Of a stretch of 32,000 nucleotides of DNA, positions 19,875-30,123 are shown piece by piece. The DNA comes from Synechococcus elongatus PCC 6301. Lineage in GTDB: Bacteria > Cyanobacteriota > Cyanobacteriia > Synechococcales > Synechococcaceae. The stretch covers positions 60,001-92,000 of the forward strand of contig NC_006576.1 of the NCBI RefSeq assembly GCF_000010065.1, written 5' to 3'. The position numbers were made by a program, and so were the translations under genes. Numbering within the stretch: position 1 is the first letter of the stretch; each line of letters opens with the position of its first letter. The notes under the pieces are model-generated. The model did not search any database. It had not been told where the DNA came from and saw only the letters and a list, made by a program, of their open reading frames with translations.

Positions 19875-19909
19875 AAGAAGCCCTCTTCAGTCTTTGAAGA
19901 GGGCTTCTT
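19875..19909. terminator. Intrinsic terminator between convergent nrdJ and pntB
   Basis: AAGAAGCCCTCTTCA (19875-19889), GTCTT loop, TGAAGAGGGCTTCTT (19895-19909); 15-bp perfect arms. The A-run on the left gives a U-tract for minus-strand transcripts. Confidence 0.88.
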
Positions 19910-19946
19910 AGGCATTCAAGGGAAAATCAGTGAATGAGAAAGAGGT

Positions 19947-21359
19947 CTAAGACAACTCTTTGACAGCTCCGACGAGTTGGGAAATGACTTCCCGAGCACT
20001 GCCAAACAGCATCACCGTGCGATCGCCGTAGAAGAGTGGATTATCGATGCCGGCATAGCCATTCGCCATACTGCGCTTAATTACAATCGTTTGGCGAGCA
20101 CGATCGACATCCAAAATCGGCATACCGTAAATCGGGCTGCTGTTATCGAGGCGAGCGGCAGGATTGACGACATCATTGGCGCCAATCACCAGTGCAACAT
20201 CTGTATGTTCAAACTCGGAGTTGATCGACTCGAGGTCGTAGAGCTGACCGTAGGGGACATTGGCTTCCGCCAACAACACATTCATGTGACCGGGCATCCG
20301 ACCCGCTACGGGGTGAATGGCATATTTCACCTCAACGCCTAGCCGTTGGAGATGCTCCGCCAACCCACGCACTGTATGTTGGGCCTGAGCAACCGCCATG
20401 CCGTAGCCCGGTACAATCACGACCGATCGGGCGTAGCCCAGCAGCATTGCTCCCTCATCAGAATCGATCTGGCGAGCATTGCGATCGCCCGCTGCTGACG
20501 TTCCCCCATCAGCCTGACCACCAGCAGCAACCAAACCTGAAAACAGGACATTGGTTAGTGATCGGTTCATGGCTTTGCACATGATCACCGTCAGGATCAG
20601 TCCTGAGGCGCCGACCAGCGCGCCAGCAATGATCAGGAGGTTGTTGTTAACTGCAAAGCCTGCTGCACTGGCGGCCAAACCTGACAGAGAGTTCAACAGT
20701 GCAATCACCACTGGCATATCGCCACCCCCGACCGGCGCGACGAAGAAGAGCCCCAGCAATAGTGTTGCGATCACTAGAGCAGTCAGCACCGCCAAAGCGG
20801 TCGGGGCTTGAGGCGCGACCAAGAAGAGGACTGCACCGCTGACAAAACCCAGCAGCAAGAGCAAGCTCCAGAGTCGATGACTGGGCAAGGTCAGGGGTTG
20901 ACCGCTGATCAAGCCCTGGAGTTTGGCGAAAGCAACAAGACTGCCACTGAGGGTGACGCCGCCAATCAACAGGCCCAACAGCAGTGCAATTAGGGTCGGC
21001 AGCTGTTGTGTTGCTGCCAAGGGCACCTGGGAGAGTCGCAAGTACTCCGCGATCGCCACGAGTGCGGAAGCTGCGCCCCCCAACCCATTGAGGAGGGCCA
21101 CCATCTGGGGCATGGCCGTCATCACCACTCTCTGGGCGGACACAATGCCGGCAATGCTGCCCAGCCCCACGGCGAGAAGGGGCAACCACGGATCTTGGAG
21201 GTCAGGATGGAAAGCGGTGCCCAGCACCGCCAAACCCATGCCCGCAGCACCCAAATAGTTGCCTCGGCGAGCGGTGGCAGGATGGCCCAGTTGCTTCAAA
21301 CCGAGAAAGAAAAAGATAGTTGCAGCGAGATAGCTGCTCTGAACCCAGATCTCGCGCAT
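19947..21359 (-). CDS. pntB: NAD(P) transhydrogenase subunit beta
   Basis: MREIWVQSSYLAATIFFFLGLKQLGHPATARRGNYLGAAGMGLAV..., YGMAVAQAQHTVRGLAEHL, IPVAGRMPGHMNVLLAEANVPY. Start at 21359 (TGATG overlap with the upstream gene). Confidence 0.96.
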   Translation of the reverse strand: MREIWVQSSYLAATIFFFLGLKQLGHPATARRGNYLGAAGMGLAVLGTAFHPDLQDPWLPLLAVGLGSIAGIVSAQRVVMTAMPQMVALLNGLGGAASALVAIAEYLRLSQVPLAATQQLPTLIALLLGLLIGGVTLSGSLVAFAKLQGLISGQPLTLPSHRLWSLLLLLGFVSGAVLFLVAPQAPTALAVLTALVIATLLLGLFFVAPVGGGDMPVVIALLNSLSGLAASAAGFAVNNNLLIIAGALVGASGLILTVIMCKAMNRSLTNVLFSGLVAAGGQADGGTSAAGDRNARQIDSDEGAMLLGYARSVVIVPGYGMAVAQAQHTVRGLAEHLQRLGVEVKYAIHPVAGRMPGHMNVLLAEANVPYGQLYDLESINSEFEHTDVALVIGANDVVNPAARLDNSSPIYGMPILDVDRARQTIVIKRSMANGYAGIDNPLFYGDRTVMLFGSAREVISQLVGAVKELS

Positions 21360-21652
21360 CACTTCGTCTCCCGTGCTTTGAACATCGCCAACATGCGATC
21401 GGTTACCCAAAAGCCACCCACCACATTCACCGTGGCCAGAATGGCAGCCGTAAACGCGAGTCCTTTCAGGAGCGGTGGCCCCTCACCACCCAAGAGTGTC
21501 AGGGCACCCAGCAGGACAATGCCAGAAATCGCATTCGCCCCCGACATCAGCGGGGTATGTAGCGTTGGCGGCACTTTATTAATGACTTCTAAGCCTGCAA
21601 AACTCGCCAAGGTGAAGACAAAGAGTGCAGCGAACCAATTGGTGATGCTCAT
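21359..21652 (-). CDS. NAD(P) transhydrogenase subunit alpha, membrane part
   Basis: 97 aa: FTLASFAGLEVINKVPPTLHTPLMSGANAISGIVLLGAL, FTAAILATVNVVGGFWVTDRML. Confidence 0.95.
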   Translation of the reverse strand: MSITNWFAALFVFTLASFAGLEVINKVPPTLHTPLMSGANAISGIVLLGALTLLGGEGPPLLKGLAFTAAILATVNVVGGFWVTDRMLAMFKARETK

Positions 21653-22803
21653 ACAGCCTCCGGCACAGGCAGGGGTTTAGGTTGGGGCGGGAAGCGACGC
21701 TCACCGGCGGTCACAACACAGCAGCCGGCGATGATTTCATCGTCCAAGGGCAACCGCAGCTCACCTTCGTGGCAGAGGAGCGGTAGCAGAGCCAGCAAAT
21801 TGCGCCCGAACAGGAAGCTGGCATCGTGGGGGAGCCCAGCAGCGATCGCAGTGGGACCCAGTACCTTGACGCCATCGATATCAACTTCGCGGCCCGCGCA
21901 GGTCAGTTCGCAGTTGCCACCCCGTTCTGCGGCAGCATCGACAATGACCGTGCCTGGCTGTAGCTGGGCCACCATCTCGGCGGAGATGAGGCAAGGAGCC
22001 GGCTTACCCGGAACTTGTGCCGTCGTCACAATCAAATCGGCCTGTTGGAGATGGGGCAAAAGCCCCGCCCGCAAGCGCGCCATGCTGTCTTCGTTGAGCT
22101 GTTTAGCGTAGCCCCCGCTAGCCTCAGCAGACTCGCTCAGGTCCACATCGATGAACTTGGCACCTAAGCTTTGAACCTCTTCGCCAGCGGTCTTGCGTAC
22201 ATCAAAGGCGCTGACGACCGCCCCAAGGCGACGGGCCGTGGCGATCGCCTGCAGTCCAGCTACTCCAGCTCCCAAGACCAGCACCTTGGCGGGCGGAATT
22301 GTACCCGCAGCCGTAGTCAGCATCGGTAGATAGCGCCCTAGGGCCGTGGCTCCCAGCAGGACGCTGCGATAGCCAATAATGCTGGCCTGAGAGGATAAGA
22401 CATCCATCGCTTGGGCACGACTAATGCGAGGAATCAGTTCCAAGCTAAGCGCCGAGACACCCTGCGCCGCGAGGCGATCGAGGCTGTCTGTCTGGGACCA
22501 AGGATCGAGCAAACCAATCAGGCAAGCTCCCGATCGCAGCCAATTGAGGGGCGTGGCTTGTTCGCTGCGCCAAGGGCCTATCGAGAGCACCAGATCAGCT
22601 TGTCGCCACAGTTGCTCTTCCTGATCACTGACTTCCGCTCCCGCCTCTTGATAGTCGCGATCGCTGAGTCCTAACGGCTGGCCGGCGCCACTTTGAACGG
22701 AGATCGTCCCGCCAGTTAGTTGTTTTAAGCGTGCAAGCTGGGAGGGCAGCATAGCGACACGGCGCTCTTGCAGCCCTGGCTCGCAGGGAATCAAAATCTT
22801 CAT
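21649..22803 (-). CDS. pntA: NAD(P) transhydrogenase subunit alpha, soluble part
   Basis: MKILIPCEPGLQERRVAMLPSQLARL, KVLVLGAGVAGLQAIATARRLGAVVSAFDVR, VIVDAAAERGGNCELT. ATG at 22803; 4-bp overlap with the membrane part. Confidence 0.95.
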   Translation of the reverse strand: MKILIPCEPGLQERRVAMLPSQLARLKQLTGGTISVQSGAGQPLGLSDRDYQEAGAEVSDQEEQLWRQADLVLSIGPWRSEQATPLNWLRSGACLIGLLDPWSQTDSLDRLAAQGVSALSLELIPRISRAQAMDVLSSQASIIGYRSVLLGATALGRYLPMLTTAAGTIPPAKVLVLGAGVAGLQAIATARRLGAVVSAFDVRKTAGEEVQSLGAKFIDVDLSESAEASGGYAKQLNEDSMARLRAGLLPHLQQADLIVTTAQVPGKPAPCLISAEMVAQLQPGTVIVDAAAERGGNCELTCAGREVDIDGVKVLGPTAIAAGLPHDASFLFGRNLLALLPLLCHEGELRLPLDDEIIAGCCVVTAGERRFPPQPKPLPVPEAV

Positions 22804-23011
22804 TACGGTTTGCTGACGGGACCCCGCCGCGTTGTCGAAACAGCCTTCTGCTGGGCAGTTGACCGGTGATCGCATCCTAGGAGCGGCTTTTGGCGGGATT
22901 CGCAATTTTCAAGATGCTTTCGGGATTCCAGACAAGGAAGCGTAACAATTCAGGAACCGTAATTCTGGCAAGCTCGTCATAATAATCGTGTTTGCCCACC
23001 CCCAATCCGCT

Positions 23012-23587
23012 ATGGCTCGTTCTCGTCTCTTTCCTGTTGCTGCCGCGATCGCCTGTGCAACAGGTCTGGCAGCCGTTGCTGTGCCGCCGGCATTGGCACA
23101 AGGTCTGCCGGGTCTGACCCTGCGCTGGAATGGCAACGAGGGCGGCTTTCGCGAACTGAAGTATTTTCTGAACAATGGCACCGTGGGGGCGCTCGATCGC
23201 TATACCCTCGCGATTCCCGGACGCGATGTTGAGCAAGCGATCCAACAGCTGACGGTGACCTACCCGACCTACTACACCGGTAGCTTCAGCGACGACAAAG
23301 TTTCCCTGCGCATCTGCCGGTTGGGCAATGTCCTCTCGCGAACCCGGTGTGATGAAGTGGTGCCGCTCAGCGATCGCGACATCGACCGCGATAATGGCCG
23401 CATTGACTTCTATCCGCAAACACCGATTCCCGCAGGCACAACCCTGGGCGTTGTCTTTGAAGGCGTGATCAACCCGAATAACCCTGGCATGTTCCAGTTC
23501 AATGCCTCGGCGCTGTCGCCGGGTGACTTGCCGATCAGTCGTTATCTGGGCAGCTGGGTCCTCACCATCGACCTCCGCAACAACTAG
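23012..23587 (+). CDS. DUF2808-family secreted protein
   Basis: Signal peptide MARSRLFPVAAAIACATGLAAVAVPPALAQ; FRELKYFLNNGTVGALDRYTLAIPGRDV, GTTLGVVFEGVINPNNPGMFQFNA. GTG at 22988 is an alternative start. Confidence 0.8.
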   Translation: MARSRLFPVAAAIACATGLAAVAVPPALAQGLPGLTLRWNGNEGGFRELKYFLNNGTVGALDRYTLAIPGRDVEQAIQQLTVTYPTYYTGSFSDDKVSLRICRLGNVLSRTRCDEVVPLSDRDIDRDNGRIDFYPQTPIPAGTTLGVVFEGVINPNNPGMFQFNASALSPGDLPISRYLGSWVLTIDLRNN

Positions 23588-23634
23588 AGACAGATGCTAC
23601 GATTAAAAATTGTGATTTTTGAACCGGCAAAGTT

Positions 23635-23772
23635 ATGACTAAGCGCACCCTCGAAGGAACGAACCGGAAGCGGAAGCGCACTTCTGGCTTTCGGGCGCGG
23701 ATGCGCTCCGCCACCGGCCGTCGCGTGATCAAGGCTCGTCGCAGCAAAGGTCGGGCTCGCCTCGCTGTCTAG
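23635..23772 (+). CDS. rpmH: 50S ribosomal protein L34 (bL34)
   Basis: Own translation: [45 protein letters not shown], 45 aa; absent from the supplied track because it is short. Confidence 0.98.
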   Translation: MTKRTLEGTNRKRKRTSGFRARMRSATGRRVIKARRSKGRARLAV

Positions 23773-23777
23773 GTCCC

Positions 23778-24146
23778 TTGGCGCTGCCTCGTTGCCATCG
23801 ACTGCGACAACGCGATCGCTTCCCAGCACTGTATCGAGGGGGTCGAAAACTTTCGACGCCCTCACTTTTGTTGCGCTGGTTGCCCCAAGCGGAAATAGAG
23901 TCCGTCAACGAAAGTCGATTTGCGATTGTTATCAGTCTCAAAGTTCACAAGCGAGCGGTGCGCCGCAATCGCCTACGACGGAGGCTGCAAGCGGCTTTGC
24001 TGCGGCTGCGCGATCGCCTGCGACCTGGCTTTGATGGCCTGCTCACGGTCAAGCCAGGCCTTGACCTCGACACCAGCACGAGTCAGTTTTTGCAAGAATT
24101 AGAAGACCTTTTAACTCGGGCGGAGATCATCCATGGCCGTCAATGA
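23778..24146 (+). CDS. rnpA: Ribonuclease P protein component (TTG start)
   Basis: LPRCHRLRQRDRFPALYRGG, FAIVISLKVHKRAVRRNRLRRRLQAALL; next to rpmH. Confidence 0.94.
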   Translation: MALPRCHRLRQRDRFPALYRGGRKLSTPSLLLRWLPQAEIESVNESRFAIVISLKVHKRAVRRNRLRRRLQAALLRLRDRLRPGFDGLLTVKPGLDLDTSTSQFLQELEDLLTRAEIIHGRQ

Positions 24147-24519
24147 AGAAGTGTTCTACGAGGGTGGACCCCACAAGGGCGACCTGATCCTGAATGTGCT
24201 GATTGGGCTGACACTCGTGGGTCTACCCTTGGCCGTCGGCGCGATCGTGCGGGCGCTGTGGCTGCGGTTTCGGATCACTAACCGCCGGATCACAGTCACG
24301 GGTGGCTGGCAAGGGCGCGAACGCAGTGAGATTATCTACTCCGAAATTGCTGATTTGGTCAGCATCCCCCGCGGGCTGGGCTTCTGGGGCGATATCTGCC
24401 TGATTCTCAAGGATCGCTCTCGCCTCGAAATGCGATCGGTGCCCAACTACCGCGCCGTTGTCGAATTTATCAAGACCCAGATGGCTGAAAAACAGGCGAA
24501 AGCAACGACTGCTGCCTAG
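24133..24519 (+). CDS. PH-domain (bPH-type) membrane protein
   Basis: Two hydrophobic segments then LWLRFRITNRRITVTGGWQGRERSEIIYSEIADLVSIPRGLGFWGDICLILKD. Confidence 0.85.
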   Translation: MAVNEEVFYEGGPHKGDLILNVLIGLTLVGLPLAVGAIVRALWLRFRITNRRITVTGGWQGRERSEIIYSEIADLVSIPRGLGFWGDICLILKDRSRLEMRSVPNYRAVVEFIKTQMAEKQAKATTAA

Positions 24520-24721
24520 TTTTAGACATTCAGCCCTCCTGAGAGTTAACCTGCCAGCCCTCGATCGCTCAGGTCTGATTGGATTACCAGCAACACCTGT
24601 CGGGACGAGGGTTTTGGCTATTGGAGCTTCCTTTATATTGTCGAAAGCCAACAAGGGGCGCGGCAATTTCCAGTAGATTGGAAAGCGGTGTCTCCCATTT
24701 GCGTCTGACCCCGGGGCCTAC

Positions 24722-25900
24722 ATGGATTTCGGAATCGGTTTTCTTTCGAGCAACGTGATGTTGCCGATCCTAGACTTCTTCTACGGATTGGTGCCTAGCT
24801 ACGGTCTGGCAATTATTGCCCTGACCTTGGTGATTCGGATCGCGCTTTATCCCCTCAGTGCCGGTGCGATTCGCAACGCGCGCCGCATGCGGATTGCCAA
24901 CCCTGTCATGCAGAAGCGGCAACAGGAAATTCGGGAGCGCTATGCCAATGACCCCAGCAAGCTCCAGGAAGAAACCGCCAAGTTATTTAAGGAATTTGGT
25001 AACCCGCTAGCGGGTTGCTTCCCCTTATTGCTGCAAATGCCGCTGCTGTTTGCGCTGTTTGCCACCCTACGGGGATCGCCCTTCGCGGACATCAATTACA
25101 CCGTCAACTTGCAGGTTCTGCCCTCGGAGCAGATTGCCCAAGTTCAGCCCCGCGCTTTTTCGACCAAGCCCCAAAACGTCTTTGTGGCGGATGGGGTCCA
25201 CTACCGCGTTGCAGCCGTCCTGCCAGCTGGCACCCAGCTCGGGGTAGGCGATCGCTCGGCGGTAACTTTCCAAGGGACCAAGGGAGAGTCGTTTGAATCC
25301 TTAGTGGGCGATCGCGCGGCTGACTTAAAGCCAACTTGGAGTGTGACCAAGGGTAGCGAGCACATTCGTGTCGGTGAAGACGGGGTTGTCGAAGCCGTTT
25401 CGCCTGGTGATGCGACCCTGCAAGTCACCATTCCGGGCATCGCTGCTAACAATGGCTTCCTGTTCATCAAAGCCTTGGGCGAAGTCGGCATCCAGAGCGA
25501 AGACGGCATTAACTGGGATGTCTTGGGTCTTGTGTTGGCCTTTGGTGTCAGCCTCTACGTGAGCCAACAGCTCTCTTCGCAAGGTGCCGCCCCCAATCCT
25601 CAGCAAGATCAGGTCAACAAGATCACGCCGGTGCTGTTCTCGGGCATGTTCCTGTTCTTCCCGCTACCGGCTGGGGTTTTGATGTACATGGTGATCGCCA
25701 ACATCTTCCAGACCTTGCAGACCTTTATCCTGATGCGGGAACCCCTGCCGGAAAACCTACAAAAGCTGGTGACTGAAGGGGCTGGTGCTGCTGGTGGTAG
25801 CGGTCTGAGTGCAGCTACGGCGAAAAACCAGACCATCGACACGACGGCGGAACGGTTGCCCTTTGAGCCGGGCGGCAATCGCAAGAAGAAAAACGGATGA
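24722..25900 (+). CDS. yidC: Membrane protein insertase YidC/Alb3/Oxa1
   Basis: [101 protein letters not shown]. Confidence 0.96.
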   Translation: MDFGIGFLSSNVMLPILDFFYGLVPSYGLAIIALTLVIRIALYPLSAGAIRNARRMRIANPVMQKRQQEIRERYANDPSKLQEETAKLFKEFGNPLAGCFPLLLQMPLLFALFATLRGSPFADINYTVNLQVLPSEQIAQVQPRAFSTKPQNVFVADGVHYRVAAVLPAGTQLGVGDRSAVTFQGTKGESFESLVGDRAADLKPTWSVTKGSEHIRVGEDGVVEAVSPGDATLQVTIPGIAANNGFLFIKALGEVGIQSEDGINWDVLGLVLAFGVSLYVSQQLSSQGAAPNPQQDQVNKITPVLFSGMFLFFPLPAGVLMYMVIANIFQTLQTFILMREPLPENLQKLVTEGAGAAGGSGLSAATAKNQTIDTTAERLPFEPGGNRKKKNG

Positions 25901-26403
25901 CCCACGAGCTCGCGCTGAATCAAGGACAAGCTTGGCTAACTGAAACACTGCAACTGATGGGATGTCCGGTTGCAGTCTCGGCCGAATTGCGGACAGAGGC
26001 AGTTCGGCCCGACCCCGAAGGCTGGTTGGAGCTGGATCCGGAAGGTGAGCTCTTGCCAGAGCGAGCAGCCGCCTTAATTGGCGATCGCGGGGTAGCGATC
26101 GATGCCTTGCAGTTCTTGGCTAACCTGGCTCTCAATCAGCATCGAGCAGCGGACGATCACCTCCATTTCACCTTGGAGCTGGGGGGCTACCGGCAGCAAC
26201 GTCGGCAACTCTTGAGTCAAATCGCTATCCAAGTAGCCGATCGTGTCTTGAGTTCTGGGGAACCAGAAAAGCTGGAGGACTATTCCTCCGCCGATCGCCG
26301 AGTGCTGCATGAGCTGTTTGAGGCTTATCCTCACCTGCAGGCCGTGAGTGAAGGGCGGGAACCCCATCGATCGCTGCTGATCAGCCGTCGCGCTGAGGAA
26401 TAA
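25897..26403 (+). CDS. Jag/KhpB-like KH-R3H RNA-binding protein
   Basis: [21 protein letters not shown] (KH-like), MSS-like [35 protein letters not shown] (R3H); ATGA overlap with yidC. Confidence 0.82.
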   Translation: MTHELALNQGQAWLTETLQLMGCPVAVSAELRTEAVRPDPEGWLELDPEGELLPERAAALIGDRGVAIDALQFLANLALNQHRAADDHLHFTLELGGYRQQRRQLLSQIAIQVADRVLSSGEPEKLEDYSSADRRVLHELFEAYPHLQAVSEGREPHRSLLISRRAEE

Positions 26404-26405
26404 CC

Positions 26406-26913
26406 ATGGCCCGATCGCTACTTCGCGCCTTCCCAATTCAGCAACTACTCCAGCAACCCCAGCAAACCCGCAGCTGGGAACTAGCAGAGCCAGTTGAAGG
26501 CTTTGAGAGTCTGACACCAGTGCAGGGTGAGTTAACGGTGCGCCACGGCCATAGCTTCTTGGAAGTGACTGCTACCGCTGAGACGATCGTCAATCTCACC
26601 TGCGATCGCTGCCTCTGGCTGCTACAACCACCGCCTCCAAGTCAATACGCGGGAGCTAATCTGGCTACGGGGTGAAACGCCCGAGTTGATGGAATGGGAG
26701 CCAGAGGACGAACTAAAGGAGAGCTTGCCGCCGGACGGCAGTTTTGATCCGCAGCAATGGCTCTACGAGCAGCTGTGCTTAGCCCTGCCGCTGCGTAATG
26801 TCTGCGCTGAAGATTGTCCTGGCCCTGCGCAACCTGAATCGGAGTCCCCGCCCAGCGTCGTTGACGATCGCTGGTTGGCACTGGCCAAACTGCGTGATCG
26901 CCTCGGAGAATGA
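26406..26913 (+). pseudogene. DUF177/YceD-family protein, split by an apparent +1 frameshift near 26613-26622
   Basis: Frame 1 (26406-26675) gives ...ETIVNLTCDRCLW; frame 2 continues YNHRLQVNTRELIWLRGETPELMEWEPEDELKESLPPDGSFDPQQWLYEQLCLALPLRNVCAEDCPG...[16 protein letters not shown] to 26913. Together this is the family's canonical layout. Confidence 0.85.
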
Positions 26914-28415
26914 ACTCTTTTCAAGCAGAACTCGGCCTCCTGTTGCGGGCGCGCTATCCCGTGCTCTATCTCGCCACCACTGAAGAGGAGCGGGCTGAAG
27001 CTGCGATCGCGGCGGTCGCTAAAAGTCAGGGCGATCGGGCAGTTTACTGCTGGGATTTTGTCGAGGGCTACCAAGGCACAGCCAACAGTGAAGGCTTTGG
27101 TAAGCGCAATCCGCTACAGGCTCTGGAATATCTCGATCAGTTACCGGCGACTGCTCCAGCACTGGTCATTCTGCGTGACTTCCATCGCTTCTTGGAAGAT
27201 GCCGCCGTCTCGCGCAAGCTGCGCAACCTAGCGCGACGTCTCAAATCCCAGCCGAAAAACTTGTTGATCCTCAGCAGTCGCTTGGCGATTCCCGACGACC
27301 TAGCTGAGGTGATCACCGTCGTCGAGTTCCCGCTGCCGACGGCAACCGAAATTCGGGTCGAGCTGCAGCGGCTGCTGCAAGCCACCGGTCAGCGCTTCTC
27401 CGAAGCAAATTTAGATGCAGTAGTGCGCAGCTGCCAAGGACTGTCTCTAGAACGGATTCGCCGCGTTATTGCCCGCGCGATCGCCAAGCATGGCGAGCTG
27501 AATAGCGAAGATTTCGATCTGATTCTGGAAGAAAAACGCCAGACGATCCGCCAGACCCAAATCCTTGACTTCATTCCGGCCCACGAGCAGATGTCGGACA
27601 TTGGCGGCTTGGATCTGCTCAAGGAATGGCTGCTACGCCGTGGTGGTGCGTTCTCCGAGGCCGCCCGTCGCTACGGCTTGCCCCACCCGCGCGGACTGTT
27701 GCTGGCCGGAATTCAGGGCACTGGCAAGTCCCTGACTGCCAAAGCGATCGCTCACTATTGGCATCTGCCCTTGCTGCGGTTGGACGTTGGGCGCTTGTTT
27801 GCGGGTCTGGTGGGGGAATCCGAGGCTCGTACCCGCCAGATGATTCAAATTGCTGAGGCTTTATCGCCCTGCGTGCTCTGGATCGATGAAATTGACAAAG
27901 CCTTCGCCGGGTTGGATGGACGCGGCGATAGCGGCACTGCCAATCGTGTTTTTGGCACGGTCTTGACTTGGATGGCCGAGAAGCAAAGCGCCGTCTTCGT
28001 GGTGGCGACTGCGAATAATGTCACCAGCTTGCCACCAGAGCTGCTGCGCAAGGGCCGCTTCGATGAAATCTTCTTTGTCGGGCTGCCAAATCAAGAGGAA
28101 CGCCGCGCCATTTTTGAAGTCCATCTCAATCGGCTCCGTCCTTCAAGCCTACGCAACTATGACCTAGAGCGGCTGGCAGCGGCCACGCCTGGCTTTTCGG
28201 GGGCTGAAATTGAACAAGCGCTGATTGAAGCGATGCACCTTGGCTTTAGCCAAAGTCGCGACTTTAACACTGATGATGTGATTGATGCGATCGGACAGTT
28301 GGTGCCCTTAGCGCGGACGGCCCAGCAACAAATCCAGCAGCTTCAGGAATGGGCAGCATTAGGTCGGGTCCGACCAGCTTCCAACGCGATGTTGCCGCGC
28401 CCCGAGGGTCTCTAG
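26910..28415 (+). CDS. ycf46: Ycf46-like AAA+ ATPase
   Basis: 501 aa; [23 protein letters not shown] (Walker A), [14 protein letters not shown] (Walker B), [14 protein letters not shown]. Confidence 0.9.
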   Translation: MNSFQAELGLLLRARYPVLYLATTEEERAEAAIAAVAKSQGDRAVYCWDFVEGYQGTANSEGFGKRNPLQALEYLDQLPATAPALVILRDFHRFLEDAAVSRKLRNLARRLKSQPKNLLILSSRLAIPDDLAEVITVVEFPLPTATEIRVELQRLLQATGQRFSEANLDAVVRSCQGLSLERIRRVIARAIAKHGELNSEDFDLILEEKRQTIRQTQILDFIPAHEQMSDIGGLDLLKEWLLRRGGAFSEAARRYGLPHPRGLLLAGIQGTGKSLTAKAIAHYWHLPLLRLDVGRLFAGLVGESEARTRQMIQIAEALSPCVLWIDEIDKAFAGLDGRGDSGTANRVFGTVLTWMAEKQSAVFVVATANNVTSLPPELLRKGRFDEIFFVGLPNQEERRAIFEVHLNRLRPSSLRNYDLERLAAATPGFSGAEIEQALIEAMHLGFSQSRDFNTDDVIDAIGQLVPLARTAQQQIQQLQEWAALGRVRPASNAMLPRPEGL

Positions 28416-28554
28416 GGCGCGGTCTGCAAGAAAGATTGGGGTTGCTCAAGGCAATCTAAGTTGGATTGACAGTCCGAATGCTTCAGACAGACGCGATCGC
28501 TACTGCTCGCACAGTCTTCAGGAACGGCACGAGCAGATCACAATCACAACAAAA

Positions 28555-30123
28555 CTAAGCCGCGATCGCCGTTTCTGGGGCGTGACGTTCTGCCTGCTCC
28601 AAGTAGGCTTGGAGTTGCGCTTCAATCTGGTTGCGGACGATCTCGCGGTACTCCATGAAGTGCTCATTATGGGCACAGACAGCGATGTACTGTTCTGCCA
28701 CTGCTGGATTGCGACGCAGAATGCTGAACAGGTGATGCCAGAACAGCCAGCGGGTTTTGCGAACCACGCCTTGACGCCAGCAGACTAGTAATAGTGCCCG
28801 CACGACCACCCATTCCGGCCACTGAAACTTGGGTTGTACCCGAGGCGCGCCCAGCTTGAGGAAGTATCGATAAACCCGATTCAGGTATTGCACCGGCTCG
28901 TAGAGCTTCCCGAAGGCATCAATATATTCACGAGCAATATCTTCGACCGGACGGGTGGGCACAAAGTTCATCAACGTTGTCTGGTTGATGTTGGCATCCG
29001 GTAGCCGTAGACGACCTTCTTTTTCCAGACGATGCCAGAGCGCCGTATTGGGGAGTGCTTGCAGCATGGCAAAGGTGGTCGTGGGAATGCCCGTCACTTC
29101 GGCAAAATCGACGATGCGCTGACCTGCACCCGGTTTCTCGCCATCGAAGCCGATGATGAAGCCAGCAATCACTCGCAGGCCCGATCGCGTCACCTTATCG
29201 ATCGACTCCAGTAGCGGCGATCGCGTGTTTTGAAACTTCTTGGTCAGCTGCAGACTGTCGGTGTCAGGTGTTTCGATACCCATAAACACCGCCGCGAAGT
29301 TGCAGTCGAGCATCAACTCGATCAGCTCATCGTCATCAGCCAAGTCCAGGGACGCTTCCGTATCAAAGCGGAAGGGGTAGCCACGCTCGGACTGCCAAAC
29401 TTTCAGGTCTTGCAGCAACCGTTTGACATTGCGCTTATTACCAATGAAGTTGTCATCGACCATAAACACGCCGCCGCGCCAGCCAAGGTCATAGAGCGCC
29501 TGCAGTTCTGCCAGCAGTTGCTGTGGCTCCTTGGTGCGGGGTTTGCGACCGTAGAGCACGATGATGTCGCAGAACTCGCACTGGAACGGGCAACCCCGCG
29601 AGAACTGCACCGACATCGAGTCGTAGGCACTGCGCTCTAGCAGGTCGTAGCGCGGAATCGGCGTGGTCGTCACATCCGGTTTTTCGCCATTGGAGCTAAA
29701 GCGACCCTGAGTCTCGCCTCGTTCCAAGGCTTCAACAAACATCGGCAGCGTGATTTCGCCCTCGTCAAGGATCAGGAAGTCAACGCCAGCTGCTTCCATT
29801 TCCTCGGGCACTGAGGTGGGGTAGGGGCCTCCAACAGCAACGCGCTTGCCATGCTGCTTCGCAAGGGAAATCTGATCGACCATGTCCTCTTTCTGGACAA
29901 TCATGGCCGACAAAATCACAATGTCGGCCCAAGCCCACTCTTCTTCAGTGACGGCGCGGATATTGCGGTCAACCAACTTAAATTCCCATTCCTGCGGCAG
30001 GATGGCGGCGACAGTCACCAACCCCAGCGGCGGTAACAACACTTTCCGATTGACGAGTTCCAGAATTTTTTCGTAGGACCAGAACGTTTTGGGAAAGCGA
30101 GGATAAATCAGTAAAGCGCGCAT
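28555..30123 (-). CDS. B12-binding-domain radical SAM protein with DUF4070-like C-terminus
   Basis: N-terminal B12-binding-like region; RGCPFQCEFCDIIVLYGRKPRTK (CxxxCxxC); GIETPDTDSLQLTKKFQNT. Confidence 0.92.
   Translation of the reverse strand: MRALLIYPRFPKTFWSYEKILELVNRKVLLPPLGLVTVAAILPQEWEFKLVDRNIRAVTEEEWAWADIVILSAMIVQKEDMVDQISLAKQHGKRVAVGGPYPTSVPEEMEAAGVDFLILDEGEITLPMFVEALERGETQGRFSSNGEKPDVTTTPIPRYDLLERSAYDSMSVQFSRGCPFQCEFCDIIVLYGRKPRTKEPQQLLAELQALYDLGWRGGVFMVDDNFIGNKRNVKRLLQDLKVWQSERGYPFRFDTEASLDLADDDELIELMLDCNFAAVFMGIETPDTDSLQLTKKFQNTRSPLLESIDKVTRSGLRVIAGFIIGFDGEKPGAGQRIVDFAEVTGIPTTTFAMLQALPNTALWHRLEKEGRLRLPDANINQTTLMNFVPTRPVEDIAREYIDAFGKLYEPVQYLNRVYRYFLKLGAPRVQPKFQWPEWVVVRALLLVCWRQGVVRKTRWLFWHHLFSILRRNPAVAEQYIAVCAHNEHFMEYREIVRNQIEAQLQAYLEQAERHAPETAIAA

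Noticed and set aside
19947-22803. Split transhydrogenase alpha subunit as a broken gene
   Set aside because: The three-gene arrangement (alpha soluble, alpha membrane, beta) with short start/stop overlaps is normal in cyanobacteria.
24520-24721. Structured RNA in the gap upstream of yidC (CCCCGGGG at 24709-24716 and nearby short repeats)
   Set aside because: Only a short palindrome and scattered short matches; no extended pairing I could support by eye.
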